DNA of 64,000 bases from Gammaproteobacteria bacterium (GCA_016191285.1 JACPPA010000021.1:14473-78472), one strand, 5' to 3'; positions 9,802 to 21,300 are shown, numbered from the stretch's first letter. Notes: generated by a model not told the origin, from the letters alone. Program-made: numbers and translations.

Positions 9802-10230
9802 ATTCACTTCCTCATCAGTGCGTTTGTTCCGCGCGAAAAACGACGTTCGCGCCAATGCTACGATTGATAGGGACGACTTTGACAAGCCGTGGATCCCCGC
9901 CTCATCCGGGAGCCCACGCAGCGCGCCGGCGAGGTCATACGTCCAGCCATGAAAGCCGCAGGTGAAGGCGGCACACTTGCCGGACTCACGCGTTTCCACG
10001 ACGTGGCCGCGGTGGCGGCTCAGATAATCCATCGCCGGACGGGCCACTGCCAACATCGCATCGTAGAACGCTCGAATCTCGGCCATGGTCGACGCTTGTC
10101 GCTTGGCGGCTCGGGCATTCGAATCCGGCAGCACCCAGGCACTGACGAAGCCTTGCACGGCATCGAAGCCGGCGGGAAGTTGCGGATGCGCCGAATGGCT
10201 GGCAGTCGGATCGTCGGGCTGTGCGGTCAT
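9802..10230 (-). pseudogene. Degenerate Rieske [2Fe-2S] domain fragment (ring-hydroxylating dioxygenase alpha-subunit-like), fused in-frame with no stop to the downstream secreted-protein gene
   Basis: LSRHRGHVVETRESGKCAAFTCGFHGWTYDLAGALRGLP matches the Rieske CxH-x16-CxxH box, but the first Cys is Ser. Only about 140 aa, against about 430 aa for an intact alpha subunit. No stop before the signal-peptide Met at 9801. Confidence 0.35.
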
Positions 10231-10382
10231 TAGAAGGAATGATGATGCCTACCCCAATTCCGGCGCAACCCGTTGTGCAGTAGCCTTGTCGCCATCGACG
10301 AGCAATTGCTGTTGCGGCGCGATTCGTGGCATTGAATCAACTGACAAAATGCGCTGGCCATAACCGACGGAGGTTCGCTTTC

Positions 10383-11195
10383 ATGACATCGAGCAGTACG
10401 CTGCAATGGACCCGACGCGAAGTGAAAGCCGGCGATGTGCTGCTCGAAGTGCTGACCGCCGGCGAAGGACCGCCGCTACTGGTGCTGCACGAGGAACTCG
10501 GATCGCCCGGCCCGTTGCAGTGGCAGATAAACATGGCACGGCAGCGTACGCTCCTCATCCCGCAACATCCCGGCTTCTCGCGGACGCCGCGGCAGGAATG
10601 GATCGCCAGCCTGCGTGATCTCGCGTGCTTATACGGCATCTATCTGCGCGGCCAGCGCCTGCACCCCATCGATGTCATCGGATTTTCGTTCGGTGGCTGG
10701 CTTGCCGCCGAGATGATCGCGAACGATCCATCATTGTTTTCATCGATGACCTTGGTCGGGCCGGTCGGCATTAAGCCGCCGAGCGGCGAGATCCTCGACC
10801 TCTTCATGCTGACCACCGATGCGTACCTGCGCGCAAGCGTGCGCGATGTGGGCGCGACGGTGGAGTTCAATACGCTGTACGGCGCCGAGCAAACGCCCGA
10901 GCTTTTCGAAGCATTCGAGGACGCACGGGCGGAAACGGCGCGGCTCGCGTGGCGGCCTTATATGTACAACCCGAGCCTACCGCATCTGCTACAAGCGGCT
11001 GCGAAGGTCCCGACTTTGTTGCTGTGGGGCGCCGACGATGCGGTGGTGCCAGTCAGCGCAGCGACAGCCTACCAAGCAGCATTGCCGCACGCGACCTTGA
11101 AGATCTTTGCGAATTGCGGACATCGGCCTGAGATCGAACAACGCGCGGCGTTCGAGACCGCGCTCAATACGTTTCTGAAACGAGGAGAAGCGTGA
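10383..11195 (+). CDS. Alpha/beta hydrolase fold protein
   Basis: GxSxG nucleophile elbow GFSFGGW, HG box (LLVLHEELGS), GGAGG RBS. Stop overlaps the next gene's start. Confidence 0.8.
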   Translation: MTSSSTLQWTRREVKAGDVLLEVLTAGEGPPLLVLHEELGSPGPLQWQINMARQRTLLIPQHPGFSRTPRQEWIASLRDLACLYGIYLRGQRLHPIDVIGFSFGGWLAAEMIANDPSLFSSMTLVGPVGIKPPSGEILDLFMLTTDAYLRASVRDVGATVEFNTLYGAEQTPELFEAFEDARAETARLAWRPYMYNPSLPHLLQAAAKVPTLLLWGADDAVVPVSAATAYQAALPHATLKIFANCGHRPEIEQRAAFETALNTFLKRGEA

Positions 11196-12520
11196 TGCAA
11201 ATATTATGGTTCACCGAACGTGCCTACCACACCGAAGATCAACGCCTGAACGATCGGCTCGAAGATCTGGTGATCGCGAACCAGAGCTTCTTCGGTACGC
11301 CGAATACAATGTTCGATCGCAAGATCGGCGCCGATTTACTCAATATGTATCTCGACGAGAAAATCTATGCGGATGAACTCGGCGGCTTTGATGGCGTGAT
11401 GTTGAACGAACATCATGCGAACCCATGGTGTCTCGGCGCGGTGATGGATGTCGAGGCCGCGATTCTCGCCAAGGTCACGAAGAAGGGTCGCATCGTTCTG
11501 CTCGGTAATCCAATCCCGACCACCGCCAATCCACTGCGCCTTGCCGAAGAGTTGGCGATGATCGATCTCATCTCCGGCGGGCGACTGGTGTCGGGCTGGG
11601 TGCGCGGCGCGGGCTGCGAATCGCTCGCCACCGGTGCGAATCCGGCGTTCAACCGCGAGCTCTACGAGGAAGGTCACGATCTCATTCTCAAAGCGTGGAC
11701 CGACCCGGGTCCGTTCCGCTGGGAGGGGAAGCACTACCACTACCGATATGTGAACCCGTGGGTGAAACCGCTGCAGACGCCGCATCCGCCGATCTGGATT
11801 CCGGGGCTCGTGAGTCCGGACACCGTGCGCTGGGCTGCGCGCAAGCGTTATCCATACATCGCACTCGCGACGTACCTCGAACCGACTGCTGAACTTTGGA
11901 ATATCTACACGGAAACGGCGGCGGAAGAGGGCTATCAGGCGGGTCCGGAGAATTTCGGTTATTTGCAGCCGGTGTTCGTTGGTGACAGCCAGCAACGCGC
12001 CGAGGAACTTGGCAAGCGATTTTTATTCGGCGGCAATTTCGCGCATTTTGCGCGGCCCGAATGGATGTTTCCGTCAGGCTACAACACCAAGGAAGCGACG
12101 CGCCGTCTCGCGCGCCAGTTCACGAGCCCGAACACACCCGGCCGTACGATGGCCTCCGAGTGGACGGATACGCAGGACGTGCAGGAAATCAAGCGCCGTA
12201 TCTATGGACGATACGACAAGGCGCGCGAAGACTTGCAGATGATCGCAGGCACACCGGAGCATGTGATCCCACGCCTCAAGCACGTCATGAACGTGTTGCG
12301 ACCCGGCGTGCTGTCATTCTGGATTGACGGTCCGGTACCGCGCGAGGAGCGCTTGAAATGTCTGCGTCTGCTTGCGCACGAAGTTGTCCCGGCGCTGCGC
12401 GAGCACGCGAAGACGCTCGGTATTGTCGATCCGTTCGAACGCAAGCCGGGCTCGGTACCGTTGAATGCATCAGGCAAGCCCGAGTCGGTGTCGCGGCTGA
12501 ATGCGGTGGCGGCATATTGA
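11195..12520 (+). CDS. LLM-class (luciferase-like) flavin-dependent monooxygenase, 441 aa
   Basis: LNEHH motif and overall luciferase-like blocks. Paralog of 33520-34869 (shared GVMLNEHHAN / GVGVNEHHAN, LRLAEELAMIDLISGGR / LRVAEEIAMLDVISGGR, TPHPPIWIPG / TPHPPVWIPG). Confidence 0.8.
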   Translation: MQILWFTERAYHTEDQRLNDRLEDLVIANQSFFGTPNTMFDRKIGADLLNMYLDEKIYADELGGFDGVMLNEHHANPWCLGAVMDVEAAILAKVTKKGRIVLLGNPIPTTANPLRLAEELAMIDLISGGRLVSGWVRGAGCESLATGANPAFNRELYEEGHDLILKAWTDPGPFRWEGKHYHYRYVNPWVKPLQTPHPPIWIPGLVSPDTVRWAARKRYPYIALATYLEPTAELWNIYTETAAEEGYQAGPENFGYLQPVFVGDSQQRAEELGKRFLFGGNFAHFARPEWMFPSGYNTKEATRRLARQFTSPNTPGRTMASEWTDTQDVQEIKRRIYGRYDKAREDLQMIAGTPEHVIPRLKHVMNVLRPGVLSFWIDGPVPREERLKCLRLLAHEVVPALREHAKTLGIVDPFERKPGSVPLNASGKPESVSRLNAVAAY

Positions 12521-12757
12521 GGCGACGTTTAATTAGAGCGTGCCGGGTGTCAGACCAGCCTCGCGTCCGTGCGTAAGTCAGCGGTGGGTGGATCGGTCAT
12601 GGGGGTAGCGGTGCGCGTAACCCTACGCCGACGATACAAGCACTATCCTGGCGGACTGCCGAGCGGTTGGCGCGAAATTGGAAGTCCATCGCAAGCTAGG
12701 TTGCTTCCAATCCCTTCTCATCCGACAAGCCCGATTCATCATCCAAGCGAGGCAAAC

Positions 12758-13543
12758 ATGAAGCCAGAAACGTTTGTACACGCCGCCGCAGGCATCAATT
12801 GGTACTGCGAGCGCCGCGGCAAAGGTCCACACATTGTGCTCGTTCCCTCGGGCGAGGGCGATTGCGCGAGCTTCGAAGCCGTCGCCGCAGCACTGGCCGA
12901 CACGTTCACGGTGCTGACTTTCGACGCGCCCGGCTTTTCACGTTCCAGCGCGCCGGCCGATCCAGCCCAAATTTCCGTCGGAACCCTCGGCGATCAGGTT
13001 GCCGCGCTTATGCGCTCACTCGGCATCGGGCGCGCCGCATTCTACGGTTGCAGTTCGGGTGGAAGCGCGGTGCTTGATTTGGCCGTGCGGCACGCAGATT
13101 TAGTACGTAAAGCCATCGTGCATGAGGTGGCCACTGGCGTAAGAGGCGGTCCGCTGGGCGACTTAGTCGCGCTCGACGACGCACGCGTGGTGCAGGCCTG
13201 TCAGCACATCTTCGGGAACGTGATGAACGAGGATCCGGTCGCCTGGAATAACGTAGGCGCGGAGTATCACCAGCGCCTGGAGCGCAACTACGTCACCTGG
13301 GTGCGCCGGTACGTAGCCACAATCGATTCGGGTCTACAGATCGACGCCGCGGCGCTTGTGGGGCGTCCAATCGCATGGACGATTGGCGGGCTGAATCCAG
13401 TCGCTGCGTTCTTCACCAACATCAATATCGCCTTCGAGGCGCGCATTCCACTTGGGCTACTGATGTGCCGGCATTTTCCGCAGGTCAGTATTCCGACTGA
13501 GTTGGCAAATCACATTCGAGCTCAGTCTATTGAGAAATCCTAA
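12758..13543 (+). CDS. Alpha/beta hydrolase fold protein
   Basis: Nucleophile elbow GCSSGG, HG box (IVLVPSGEG), GAGG RBS upstream of ATG 12758. Confidence 0.75.
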   Translation: MKPETFVHAAAGINWYCERRGKGPHIVLVPSGEGDCASFEAVAAALADTFTVLTFDAPGFSRSSAPADPAQISVGTLGDQVAALMRSLGIGRAAFYGCSSGGSAVLDLAVRHADLVRKAIVHEVATGVRGGPLGDLVALDDARVVQACQHIFGNVMNEDPVAWNNVGAEYHQRLERNYVTWVRRYVATIDSGLQIDAAALVGRPIAWTIGGLNPVAAFFTNINIAFEARIPLGLLMCRHFPQVSIPTELANHIRAQSIEKS

Positions 13544-13644
13544 CGAGACTAGTGCGCCGCTTCGGAATAATCCTGCGGGATGCGAGCTTCTTGCGCGCTC
13601 ACCGAGCCGACCGCGCTTCAACCAAAAAGGGTACCGCGTGGATA

Positions 13645-13830
13645 TTTAATAACCACGCCGGCACTTTTTCGTCATCACTGCTGGATCTTCGATGCTCGCG
13701 CTCACTTTCACCGCGCCGCCGCAGTGCTCACAGGTCTCGATATCGATCTTGAACACCCGCTTCAACCGTGGCGCCCATAGTCTGCCCCGGACTTGATCCG
13801 GGGTTGACGCGTGGCGTCGGCACCAATGCG
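13645..13830 (-). mobile_element. Possible transposase C-terminal remnant (IS91-family-like zinc-ribbon tail)
   Basis: Minus-strand translation ...RLKRVFKIDIETCEHCGGAVKVSASIEDPAVMTKK... resembles the conserved Cys-x2-Cys tail of IS91-type transposases. No intact ORF. Sits in a 460-nt coding desert. Confidence 0.3.
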
Positions 13831-14005
13831 GCCAGGTCGACCAGGCTGACGGCCTGGTGGTGTTCGCACGGACCGGCGACGTCGATCACCTCGCCCGGCG
13901 TCGCGAGAACCCGGACGAATGCATTGCGGTGGGCACTATATCGCGAACTAATGTCGTCCGTATCCGCTCCACCAATGGCTAGTACTCCACAGCAGAGGTT
14001 CGCTT

Positions 14006-15166
14006 CTACGGCGCGGACAACACAGAAGCCAATTTAAGTAGAAGAACTTCCTTAACCAGCGGCTTCACGACAAAATCCACCGCGCCTGCCTTCAAGCTGT
14101 CGATCACAACCGTTTTCTCGCTAAGGCCAGTCATCATGATCACTGGAATGGAAGCGAATTGAATTGCCGTTTTCAAACGCCGCGTGACCTCAAGGCCATC
14201 GAGATCCGGCATCCACACATCCATCAGGATCACATCAGGCCGGCGTTTCTGCACACTCGCCAGCGCTTCGACGCCACCCGCGGCAAAAATCAATTCGTAG
14301 TTGCTTTTGCCCAGAGCGTTAGCGATCAACTTTCGCTGGAATTCGTCATCGTCGACGATCAGGACCACCGAGCGGACGACCTCCGCCATGTTCTGCAGAA
14401 TACGTGCCGCCTCTAGTTGGGGTGCGGCGGCTTGCTTCAATGCTGACGGCCAATCTCGTATCGGTTGGACCGCTTCTTCAACAGCGCGGAAATGTTGTTG
14501 AACGTGTTCAACTTGAAGGTGGCGAATTTCCTTCTGCAGCGTTGCTGTATTTTTGGGTCCGAGCGCGTCTGCCAGTTCGCCGCCTTTTAGCTTGCGTGAG
14601 AATCCGTCGATGGCCGCGCCGATCCCAATCTCTGCGTTGCGCACGACTCCACTGAGTACTTCCGTCTGTTCACTGCCATGCGCGAGGTTTCGGTCCAGCA
14701 GCCCCTTCAGCTCAGAGACACGGCGTGTTTGCATGGCGATTTCTGCAAATGGCTGGCGAAGATAGCCCTCTTTTAAGGCTCGCAAGGCCTGGTGCACAGC
14801 CATCGGCAGACGCTGAGCATCGTTGGTCATTGGCCAAAATAGCACGTAGTCGTCGAAGCACTCTTTCTTGCACAGCTGGTACGCTTGCTTTAGGTCGTCC
14901 TTGCCGCACAAAAGCAGCGTGCGGTGGGGACGGGCATGTATCGATGGACCATGCCGATACAGACCTAAATAATAACGTTCGGCCTTTTCAATGCTATTGA
15001 AGGCCAAGACCAGGACGTCGGGCATGTATTTTTCAAAATCGGTACAGAATAGGCCGGGATCTGTCGACACGGCGATGTCCGCAAATTCTTCGCGCAAGAG
15101 ATTATTAATGAGCACCGTATCGGGAACCGCCTCGCTGACGATCAGGATCCGAGCGCTTTTGCTCAT
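14006..15166 (-). CDS. Response regulator with a C-terminal REC domain and an N-terminal degenerate receiver-like domain
   Basis: C-terminal receiver VVLIVDDDEFQRKL...DVILMDVWMPDLDGLEV...PVIMMTGLSEK...AGAVDFVVKP. ATG overlaps the upstream gene's stop (ATGA). Confidence 0.75.
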   Translation of the reverse strand: MSKSARILIVSEAVPDTVLINNLLREEFADIAVSTDPGLFCTDFEKYMPDVLVLAFNSIEKAERYYLGLYRHGPSIHARPHRTLLLCGKDDLKQAYQLCKKECFDDYVLFWPMTNDAQRLPMAVHQALRALKEGYLRQPFAEIAMQTRRVSELKGLLDRNLAHGSEQTEVLSGVVRNAEIGIGAAIDGFSRKLKGGELADALGPKNTATLQKEIRHLQVEHVQQHFRAVEEAVQPIRDWPSALKQAAAPQLEAARILQNMAEVVRSVVLIVDDDEFQRKLIANALGKSNYELIFAAGGVEALASVQKRRPDVILMDVWMPDLDGLEVTRRLKTAIQFASIPVIMMTGLSEKTVVIDSLKAGAVDFVVKPLVKEVLLLKLASVLSAP

Positions 15167-16473
15167 ACGAGTTCCAGTTCCTCGCGGCGTGCCTCCCAAC
15201 TCGTGAGCCAGTCGGGAATTTGTTCGGATGGCATGGGCTTCGCGATGAAATACCCTTGCGCCACATCGCACCCGTGCCCACGTAAATATTCCCAGTCCGC
15301 CCGGTCTTCCACGCCTTCAGCGACCGTGACCATTCCCAATTGCTTTGCAATGCTTAGATTCGCAAGAACAAAGGCATCCAGAGTGGGGCTGTTGCAGGCC
15401 CCATGCACGAAAGTGCGATCGATTTTGAGTATATTGAACGGCATATCTCGTAGCTTAGCCAATGACGATTGGCCGGTGCCGAAGTCGTCAATGGCTAGAC
15501 TGATGTGTTTGATCCGCAGCCTGGTAAGGGTATCCAATGGGGCGAGGATGTTTTTCATCAGGCGCGACTCCGTAACCTCTATGATGAGGTCCTCGGTCGG
15601 CACAGCATGATGAGCGAGTAGCTTAAGGACGAAATCTGCGAATTCCAGCTGCACCAGATCGTCCATCGAGACGTTGACCGCGACGCGGAGTGGGATCCCG
15701 GTGTCGCGCCAGCGCTTGGCCTGAGCGATCGATTCGGAGAGGACGACCCGGGTCAATTCCTCGACAAAACCGTGCTCCTCGGCCACACCGACGAATTGGC
15801 CGGGTAACACCAGCCCGTCTTCCGGGTGATGCCAGCGCACCAGAGTTTCCACGCCCATCAACGCGCCATCGTCGAGGTTGACCTTCGGCTGATAATAATT
15901 TGCCAGCTCGTTGCACGCGATAGCGTTACGGATTTCGCCGGCCGCATAAATTTTTCTCGCTTGGGCCCCCGCACTGGGCGCGATTGGCTGCCAGCGGTTT
16001 AATAAATCGAAGAGTGCTTGAGGTTGTACGGGCTTGGCCAGATGGCCAAGAACACTGAGTCGATAACCGCGTGCGAGATTGCTCGAGGCCTCACGGACAC
16101 GATTATCCTCACCGCTCACGAACACCAAACTGCCTGAGTACCCGATTCCAACCAACTGACGTACGAACTCGATACCATCCAATTGCGGCATGTTGAGGTC
16201 GAGAAACACGAGCTCAATCGACGCTCCATGGTCCTGAAGTGCGGACAACGCCGCAATGCCTGATTCATAGGTCTCGATGCGGTCCAATCCGAGACTCGCC
16301 AGTGAACGCGCGAGCAGTTTGAGTTCGAATGGCTCGTCGTCAAGCAGTAAGATCCTGGACGCACTGCCTTGAAATGCTCGCCCGAGCGCTGTTCCAAGCT
16401 GACAATTTTGCAACTCCTCGGCACCGGCCATGCCGCGTGACGGGTATCGCGTCGCATACGCCGGTCCAAACAT
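15163..16473 (-). CDS. Response regulator with REC plus EAL (c-di-GMP phosphodiesterase) domains
   Basis: REC block: RILLLDDEPFELKLLARSL...LVFLDLNMPQLDGIEF. EAL block: YYQPKVNL..GVETLVRWHHPEDG...LAIDDFGTGQSSLAKL...LKIDRTFV. Confidence 0.8.
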   Translation of the reverse strand: MFGPAYATRYPSRGMAGAEELQNCQLGTALGRAFQGSASRILLLDDEPFELKLLARSLASLGLDRIETYESGIAALSALQDHGASIELVFLDLNMPQLDGIEFVRQLVGIGYSGSLVFVSGEDNRVREASSNLARGYRLSVLGHLAKPVQPQALFDLLNRWQPIAPSAGAQARKIYAAGEIRNAIACNELANYYQPKVNLDDGALMGVETLVRWHHPEDGLVLPGQFVGVAEEHGFVEELTRVVLSESIAQAKRWRDTGIPLRVAVNVSMDDLVQLEFADFVLKLLAHHAVPTEDLIIEVTESRLMKNILAPLDTLTRLRIKHISLAIDDFGTGQSSLAKLRDMPFNILKIDRTFVHGACNSPTLDAFVLANLSIAKQLGMVTVAEGVEDRADWEYLRGHGCDVAQGYFIAKPMPSEQIPDWLTSWEARREELELV

Positions 16474-16476
16474 GTG

Positions 16477-19400
16477 TTACCCCGATACCATCATGGATAT
16501 ATTCGGCACGCTTTCGACATCTATAGACAATTGCTTTAGTGAAGGATCGAGATGAATCGCCGAAATAGCGGCGGCCAAGGCTTTCTCGAATTCGTGGACA
16601 CGCGAAAGCATGCTCTTGTCATCCCCTTGTTTACCGGCCTGTTCGAGGCCGGCGCAAACTTCACCCAAGACGAGCGCCCCTACTGCACGTGAAGATGATT
16701 TTAGGCGATGCGCTACTGCGCTCGTCGTTTCCCAGTCCGCGATTGACACCGCGGCGCGAATTTCGGTGGCGGCTTTCTGCGCCGAATCCCGGTAATCGAT
16801 GAGAAACTCAGCAATGAGCGCCGGATCGGCGCCGATGAGTCCGATTAAAACAGTCGTGTCCAAAACTGCCGGGACAGCCTCCTCGTCAGCAGCGGCTTGC
16901 GTGGGTGGCGAAGGCGCGGGCTTCGTGGATGAAACCGCAGGCATCCATTTCTCCAGTACCGATCTGAGCGCTTCAATTGGCACCGGTTTGGAAACATAGT
17001 CGTCCATGCCAGCCTGTCGGCACCGCGTGGCTTCGCCTTTGAGGGCGTTGGCGGTGAAGGCAATGATCGGTAAATGTTGAGTCGCGCTTTCTTCTTGCCG
17101 GATAGCCGCGCAAAGTTCGTAGCCATCCATCTCCGGCATGTGCAGGTCGGTGAGCAGTAGGGCGTAACACCCTTCACGCCAGCGGGACAACGCGTCGCGG
17201 CCGTTTTCCGCGACATCGGCCGCGATCCCCAGCAAAGCCAATTGGCGCAAGAGCACCTTTTGATTGATCTCGTTATCTTCGGCCACCAAGATTAAGCGCT
17301 TATCAGCGATGGCTTCGTCCCTTGAAACCCGCGCCGGCCGCGCATTGATGACCGCGATCCCGTTATCGAGCTCGGTTTCCGTTTCGATGCGTCCCGCGGC
17401 TAGCGCGACGGCGTCCAGCAGGGCGCTACGGTGCACGGTATCGCCATCCACAATAACCGTGCGATCGTTTTGTCTACGGGGTTGCCGGCGGCGGCCTTTG
17501 CCGATGATTACGCATCCGAGCGAAGACGTTATGGATAGGTTTTCGAAAAGTTCCGCGAAGCCTGCACGGCCTTCGAGAATCAGGACCGTCGGCCCCGCCG
17601 GCAGGTGCTCCAATAAACGTTGCGCAGTATCGGGGTCGTCGCTGCATGCTTGGACGTGAGCGCCGACATATTCCAGATAAGAACGCCAATCTTGTACGCG
17701 GCCGGGTTCCCGCGCGAAGATCAGGCAGTTCAGCCCTCCAAGGTCCGGACCGATTGGCGACACCGACAAGCTTGCGTCCACTTCCACGGGCAACGTGACC
17801 GTAAATGTCGAACCTAGTCCCGGGGTGCTATCCACCGCAATACTGCCCGCGAACAATTCGACTAGTCGTTGGCAGATCGATAACCCCAAACCGGTGCCAC
17901 CGAAACGGCGCGTGGTCGAGACTTCCGCCTGAGTGAAGGGGTTGAAGAGTTTCGCTACTGACGCGGGTGTCATCCCAATGCCGTTGTCCGACACCGTGAT
18001 GCGCACGCTCGTTTCACCGGCAGGTTCTGCGCGCACCTGTACTTGGCCGGTACGGGTTTGGCCGGTCGAGAACTTGATCGCATTTCCGAGTAGATTGTTA
18101 ACGACCTGTCGCAGACGCACACGATCACTTAAAATCCAGGCCGGCAATCGCGGGTCGGCATAGAGGGACACCTCCACCCCGTTACGTGCCGCCAGCGGTT
18201 GCAGCACATCGCCTACGCTTTCGATGACCTGGACCAACGACACCGACTCCCGTTCCAAGTCCATTCGGCCCGCCTCGATTTTCGAGAAATCGAGTACGTC
18301 GTCCAGCACCCTTAGTAGACTAAATGCCGAGTCCCGGATGGTCTCGACCAACTCTGCCTGATAAGTGGACATGCTGGATTGTCGCAGCACGTCAACCGAA
18401 CCAATGACTCCGTTCATCGGCGTACGGATCTCGTGGCTCATGTTGGCTAGAAATTCTGATTTGGTCGCATTCGCATGTTCGGCGACTTCACGCGCGTGGC
18501 GATCCGCGTCCTGTCGTTGGCGTTCCGTGAGGTCTCTCACGATCGATATGAAATGCGGACGTTCACCGGGAATGGCCACGTACTGTATGTTCAACTCCGC
18601 GGGGAATTCGGTACCGTCTTTGCGCCGTTGGCTCGATTGGATTTGTAAATTCTGCGATTGACTATTCGTTAGCGCTGTCAACGTGGCGCGCACATCCTGT
18701 TCCCGTCGATTCTTTTGTATATCTACCGTCGTCATAGCCGCTAGTTCCTCTTTCGAGTAACCGAGCTGGCGAATAGCAGCTTGATTCGCATAGGTGAAGT
18801 GAAGCGTCTCCGCATCGACGACAAACGCGGCGTCCGCCATGGCATCGAGTGTGGTGAGCGCCTGCCGCATCTGCCGCTCGGCATGCACACGCTCCCTGAT
18901 GTCCCGAATCGCTGCAACCACCATCCGACCATCGTCGGTATCCATCGGATTCAGACTAATTTCCACGGGTACCTTCGTGCCATCCCTATGACAAGCAACA
19001 ATATCGGAAAAATGTGAAACGGTTCGACAGGGGATCGCTGCGTCCAGGAACGCGTTGTGTAGCGCTATCTGCCGTTCCACCGTCCTGCGCGGGATGAGCA
19101 CCTCAATACGCTGGCCTAGCAGATCCTCCCGAGACCAACCGAACAATTGTTCGGTCTGCTCGTTCGCCATTGTGATGTTGCCCTTTTGATCGGTCATCAA
19201 CATCGCTTTCGGCGCGAACTCAAAAAGATCACGGAACCGGTGCTGCGATCGCGCGGCCGCCGCCATGGCCGAATGCATGGCGGAGACGTTTTCGCATACC
19301 ACAACGATTCGCACGGGGCCGCTGCCGGGAAAACGGATCACGCGACAGTAATACCATTGCGGTTCGGACGACAAGCGCAAGTCATATTCAAACTGTTGAC

Positions 19401-21300
19401 GCACCTGCTCGCCAACAACGACCGTGCGGATTGCGTCGGCAACCCGTGTCGCATTAGCGTCGCCCTTGTCGACGGCGCGGTCGCATACGGCAAGAAGGTT
19501 CATGCCCTCGCGTGCCATTTTCCAGGCATCGTTGGTTTCGGTGAACGTCCGCCAACCTCGATTGGTGCTCAGGATGTTCCCATCCCCATCAAGCACGGCA
19601 ATGTGGGCGTCGAGCGCGTCAAGCGTAGAGCGGATAAATCGTTCGCTTTCTGCGAGATTCAGCAGCATCTTTTCTCGCGCGCTGATTGTCTCACGGTGTT
19701 CAAGCTCGACTGAAATTCGCTTACTTATGATCTGCATCAACTGCTGATCTTCCTGCGAGAAATCGCGCGGGCTATCGTGCAAAAGGCACGCAACGGCGAT
19801 GACCTCGCCGTCACTGCCGCGCACGGGAAACCCACAATACGCGTTGAAGGTATCCCGTGCCCGGAGAAAAGGCGCGTCCGGGAAACGCTCCTGGACCCGA
19901 TCGAAAATATGAAGTTGATTGTCTATATACACAGTCCCACAGGGCGTGAGATCGATTGCGCAGCTGCCCTGATCAAGCAATATCTCGCCGTTCCAGCAGA
20001 CGAACTTAAAGAGCAAGGCTTCGCCTTCGATCTCAGAGAGACAGACGGTTCGCACCCCGAACAATTCGCCTGTCATACGAATCAACTGCGCGAGCGCCGC
20101 CTGCGGATCACCCGAGAGCAGCAGGCTCATTTCGCTCAGTTGTGCCATTTGCCTAGCATGCGCGGCATGCCGAATTTCCAGCGCCTTGCGTTCGGTGATA
20201 TCGAAAATATTCCCCACCAAGTTGCGAGACATCTCGCCGCAATCAGTCAAGCTGCGCCCGATCTCAAGTACCCAGCGCACCTGGCCTGCTTTGTCGAGGA
20301 TTCTATATTCGATGCTATAGGGGACGCGCGTGGCCACTGCTTGGCGCACGGCTGCCTTGGCCTTCGGCAAATCCTCTTTTAAAATGATATCGCTCCATTT
20401 GATCAAACCGGAGAGAAAGTCTTCGGCCAGGTAGCCAGATACATCTTTGACCGCGTTGCTCAACATGACCACTCGCCACGGCGACTGGGGCGACTTAAGT
20501 TCGCACATATATACCGCGCCAGGTACGTTCTCGATGAAGATGCGGAACTGTCGCTCTCGCTCGACGAATTCCGCGGCACTTTGCGCCACTTGCCGTTGTA
20601 GGGCGACCCTTTCGGTAATGTCGAAAATGAGGCCGTTGAATAGGAGGATGCCATCCGCGCGCCCCGGCTCCGGCGCCGATTTGGCGCCCAGCCACTTGAA
20701 GTCGCCTGCTTCGGTGCGTACACGGAACTCGTGTGACCAGGGAGCCCGCTGTGCCACGGCCGCCGCAATACTGCGATCGAGATCTGGTAAATCCTCGGGC
20801 ACGATGAACGTAAGAAACTTGTCGAAGCTGGTCGGCGCGAGTTCCCGGCTGGTTTCAACTAGCGCCGCTACGCCCCGGCTCATATAGGTGAAAGTAGCCG
20901 CGCCATCGGCGGCGCTCGCGAACTGGAAGACGGCGCCCGGAATCGCGTCGGTGATCGACTGCAGGCTGGCTACGCGCCGGCGCAGCTCGGTCGCGGTGCG
21001 CGCGTGGTCCAGGAGGCACCAGGTGGCCAGAGCGATAGTCGCGCAGGTCGTCATGACGCCCAGTGTTGAGATCGATTCCGGCACGAGAATCATCGCGATC
21101 GCACTCAATAGTGCCACGCTTGCACTCACGAGAAGTGTCGGACGCGTACTGCTCGCGAGTGCGGCAAGACAAATCGGTATCAAATAAAGGGGGGTTACGA
21201 CGGCGGGCTGGCGGGTTGCCAGAACGAGCGCAAATACGGCGACGCCAGCGGGCATCGCCCATCGTGCCGCATTGGCATAACTCGAAGCGACTACCTTCAT
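16477..21300 (-). CDS. Multi-PAS/GAF hybrid sensor histidine kinase (HisKA, HATPase, two REC domains, C-terminal Hpt), 1607 aa, membrane-anchored
   Basis: N-terminal TM segments. H-box [13 protein letters not shown]-boxes [12 protein letters not shown]. Receiver blocks ([15 protein letters not shown]...[12 protein letters not shown]). Hpt-like C-terminus ([13 protein letters not shown]). Confidence 0.85.
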   Translation of the reverse strand: MKVVASSYANAARWAMPAGVAVFALVLATRQPAVVTPLYLIPICLAALASSTRPTLLVSASVALLSAIAMILVPESISTLGVMTTCATIALATWCLLDHARTATELRRRVASLQSITDAIPGAVFQFASAADGAATFTYMSRGVAALVETSRELAPTSFDKFLTFIVPEDLPDLDRSIAAAVAQRAPWSHEFRVRTEAGDFKWLGAKSAPEPGRADGILLFNGLIFDITERVALQRQVAQSAAEFVERERQFRIFIENVPGAVYMCELKSPQSPWRVVMLSNAVKDVSGYLAEDFLSGLIKWSDIILKEDLPKAKAAVRQAVATRVPYSIEYRILDKAGQVRWVLEIGRSLTDCGEMSRNLVGNIFDITERKALEIRHAAHARQMAQLSEMSLLLSGDPQAALAQLIRMTGELFGVRTVCLSEIEGEALLFKFVCWNGEILLDQGSCAIDLTPCGTVYIDNQLHIFDRVQERFPDAPFLRARDTFNAYCGFPVRGSDGEVIAVACLLHDSPRDFSQEDQQLMQIISKRISVELEHRETISAREKMLLNLAESERFIRSTLDALDAHIAVLDGDGNILSTNRGWRTFTETNDAWKMAREGMNLLAVCDRAVDKGDANATRVADAIRTVVVGEQVRQQFEYDLRLSSEPQWYYCRVIRFPGSGPVRIVVVCENVSAMHSAMAAAARSQHRFRDLFEFAPKAMLMTDQKGNITMANEQTEQLFGWSREDLLGQRIEVLIPRRTVERQIALHNAFLDAAIPCRTVSHFSDIVACHRDGTKVPVEISLNPMDTDDGRMVVAAIRDIRERVHAERQMRQALTTLDAMADAAFVVDAETLHFTYANQAAIRQLGYSKEELAAMTTVDIQKNRREQDVRATLTALTNSQSQNLQIQSSQRRKDGTEFPAELNIQYVAIPGERPHFISIVRDLTERQRQDADRHAREVAEHANATKSEFLANMSHEIRTPMNGVIGSVDVLRQSSMSTYQAELVETIRDSAFSLLRVLDDVLDFSKIEAGRMDLERESVSLVQVIESVGDVLQPLAARNGVEVSLYADPRLPAWILSDRVRLRQVVNNLLGNAIKFSTGQTRTGQVQVRAEPAGETSVRITVSDNGIGMTPASVAKLFNPFTQAEVSTTRRFGGTGLGLSICQRLVELFAGSIAVDSTPGLGSTFTVTLPVEVDASLSVSPIGPDLGGLNCLIFAREPGRVQDWRSYLEYVGAHVQACSDDPDTAQRLLEHLPAGPTVLILEGRAGFAELFENLSITSSLGCVIIGKGRRRQPRRQNDRTVIVDGDTVHRSALLDAVALAAGRIETETELDNGIAVINARPARVSRDEAIADKRLILVAEDNEINQKVLLRQLALLGIAADVAENGRDALSRWREGCYALLLTDLHMPEMDGYELCAAIRQEESATQHLPIIAFTANALKGEATRCRQAGMDDYVSKPVPIEALRSVLEKWMPAVSSTKPAPSPPTQAAADEEAVPAVLDTTVLIGLIGADPALIAEFLIDYRDSAQKAATEIRAAVSIADWETTSAVAHRLKSSSRAVGALVLGEVCAGLEQAGKQGDDKSMLSRVHEFEKALAAAISAIHLDPSLKQLSIDVESVPNISMMVSG

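Noticed and set aside
13552-14037. Short plus-strand ORFs (13552-13752, 13580-13780, 13768-14037) in the coding desert
   Set aside because: No RBS, Arg-rich, overlapping one another. The only recognisable signal in the region is the minus-strand transposase-tail remnant.
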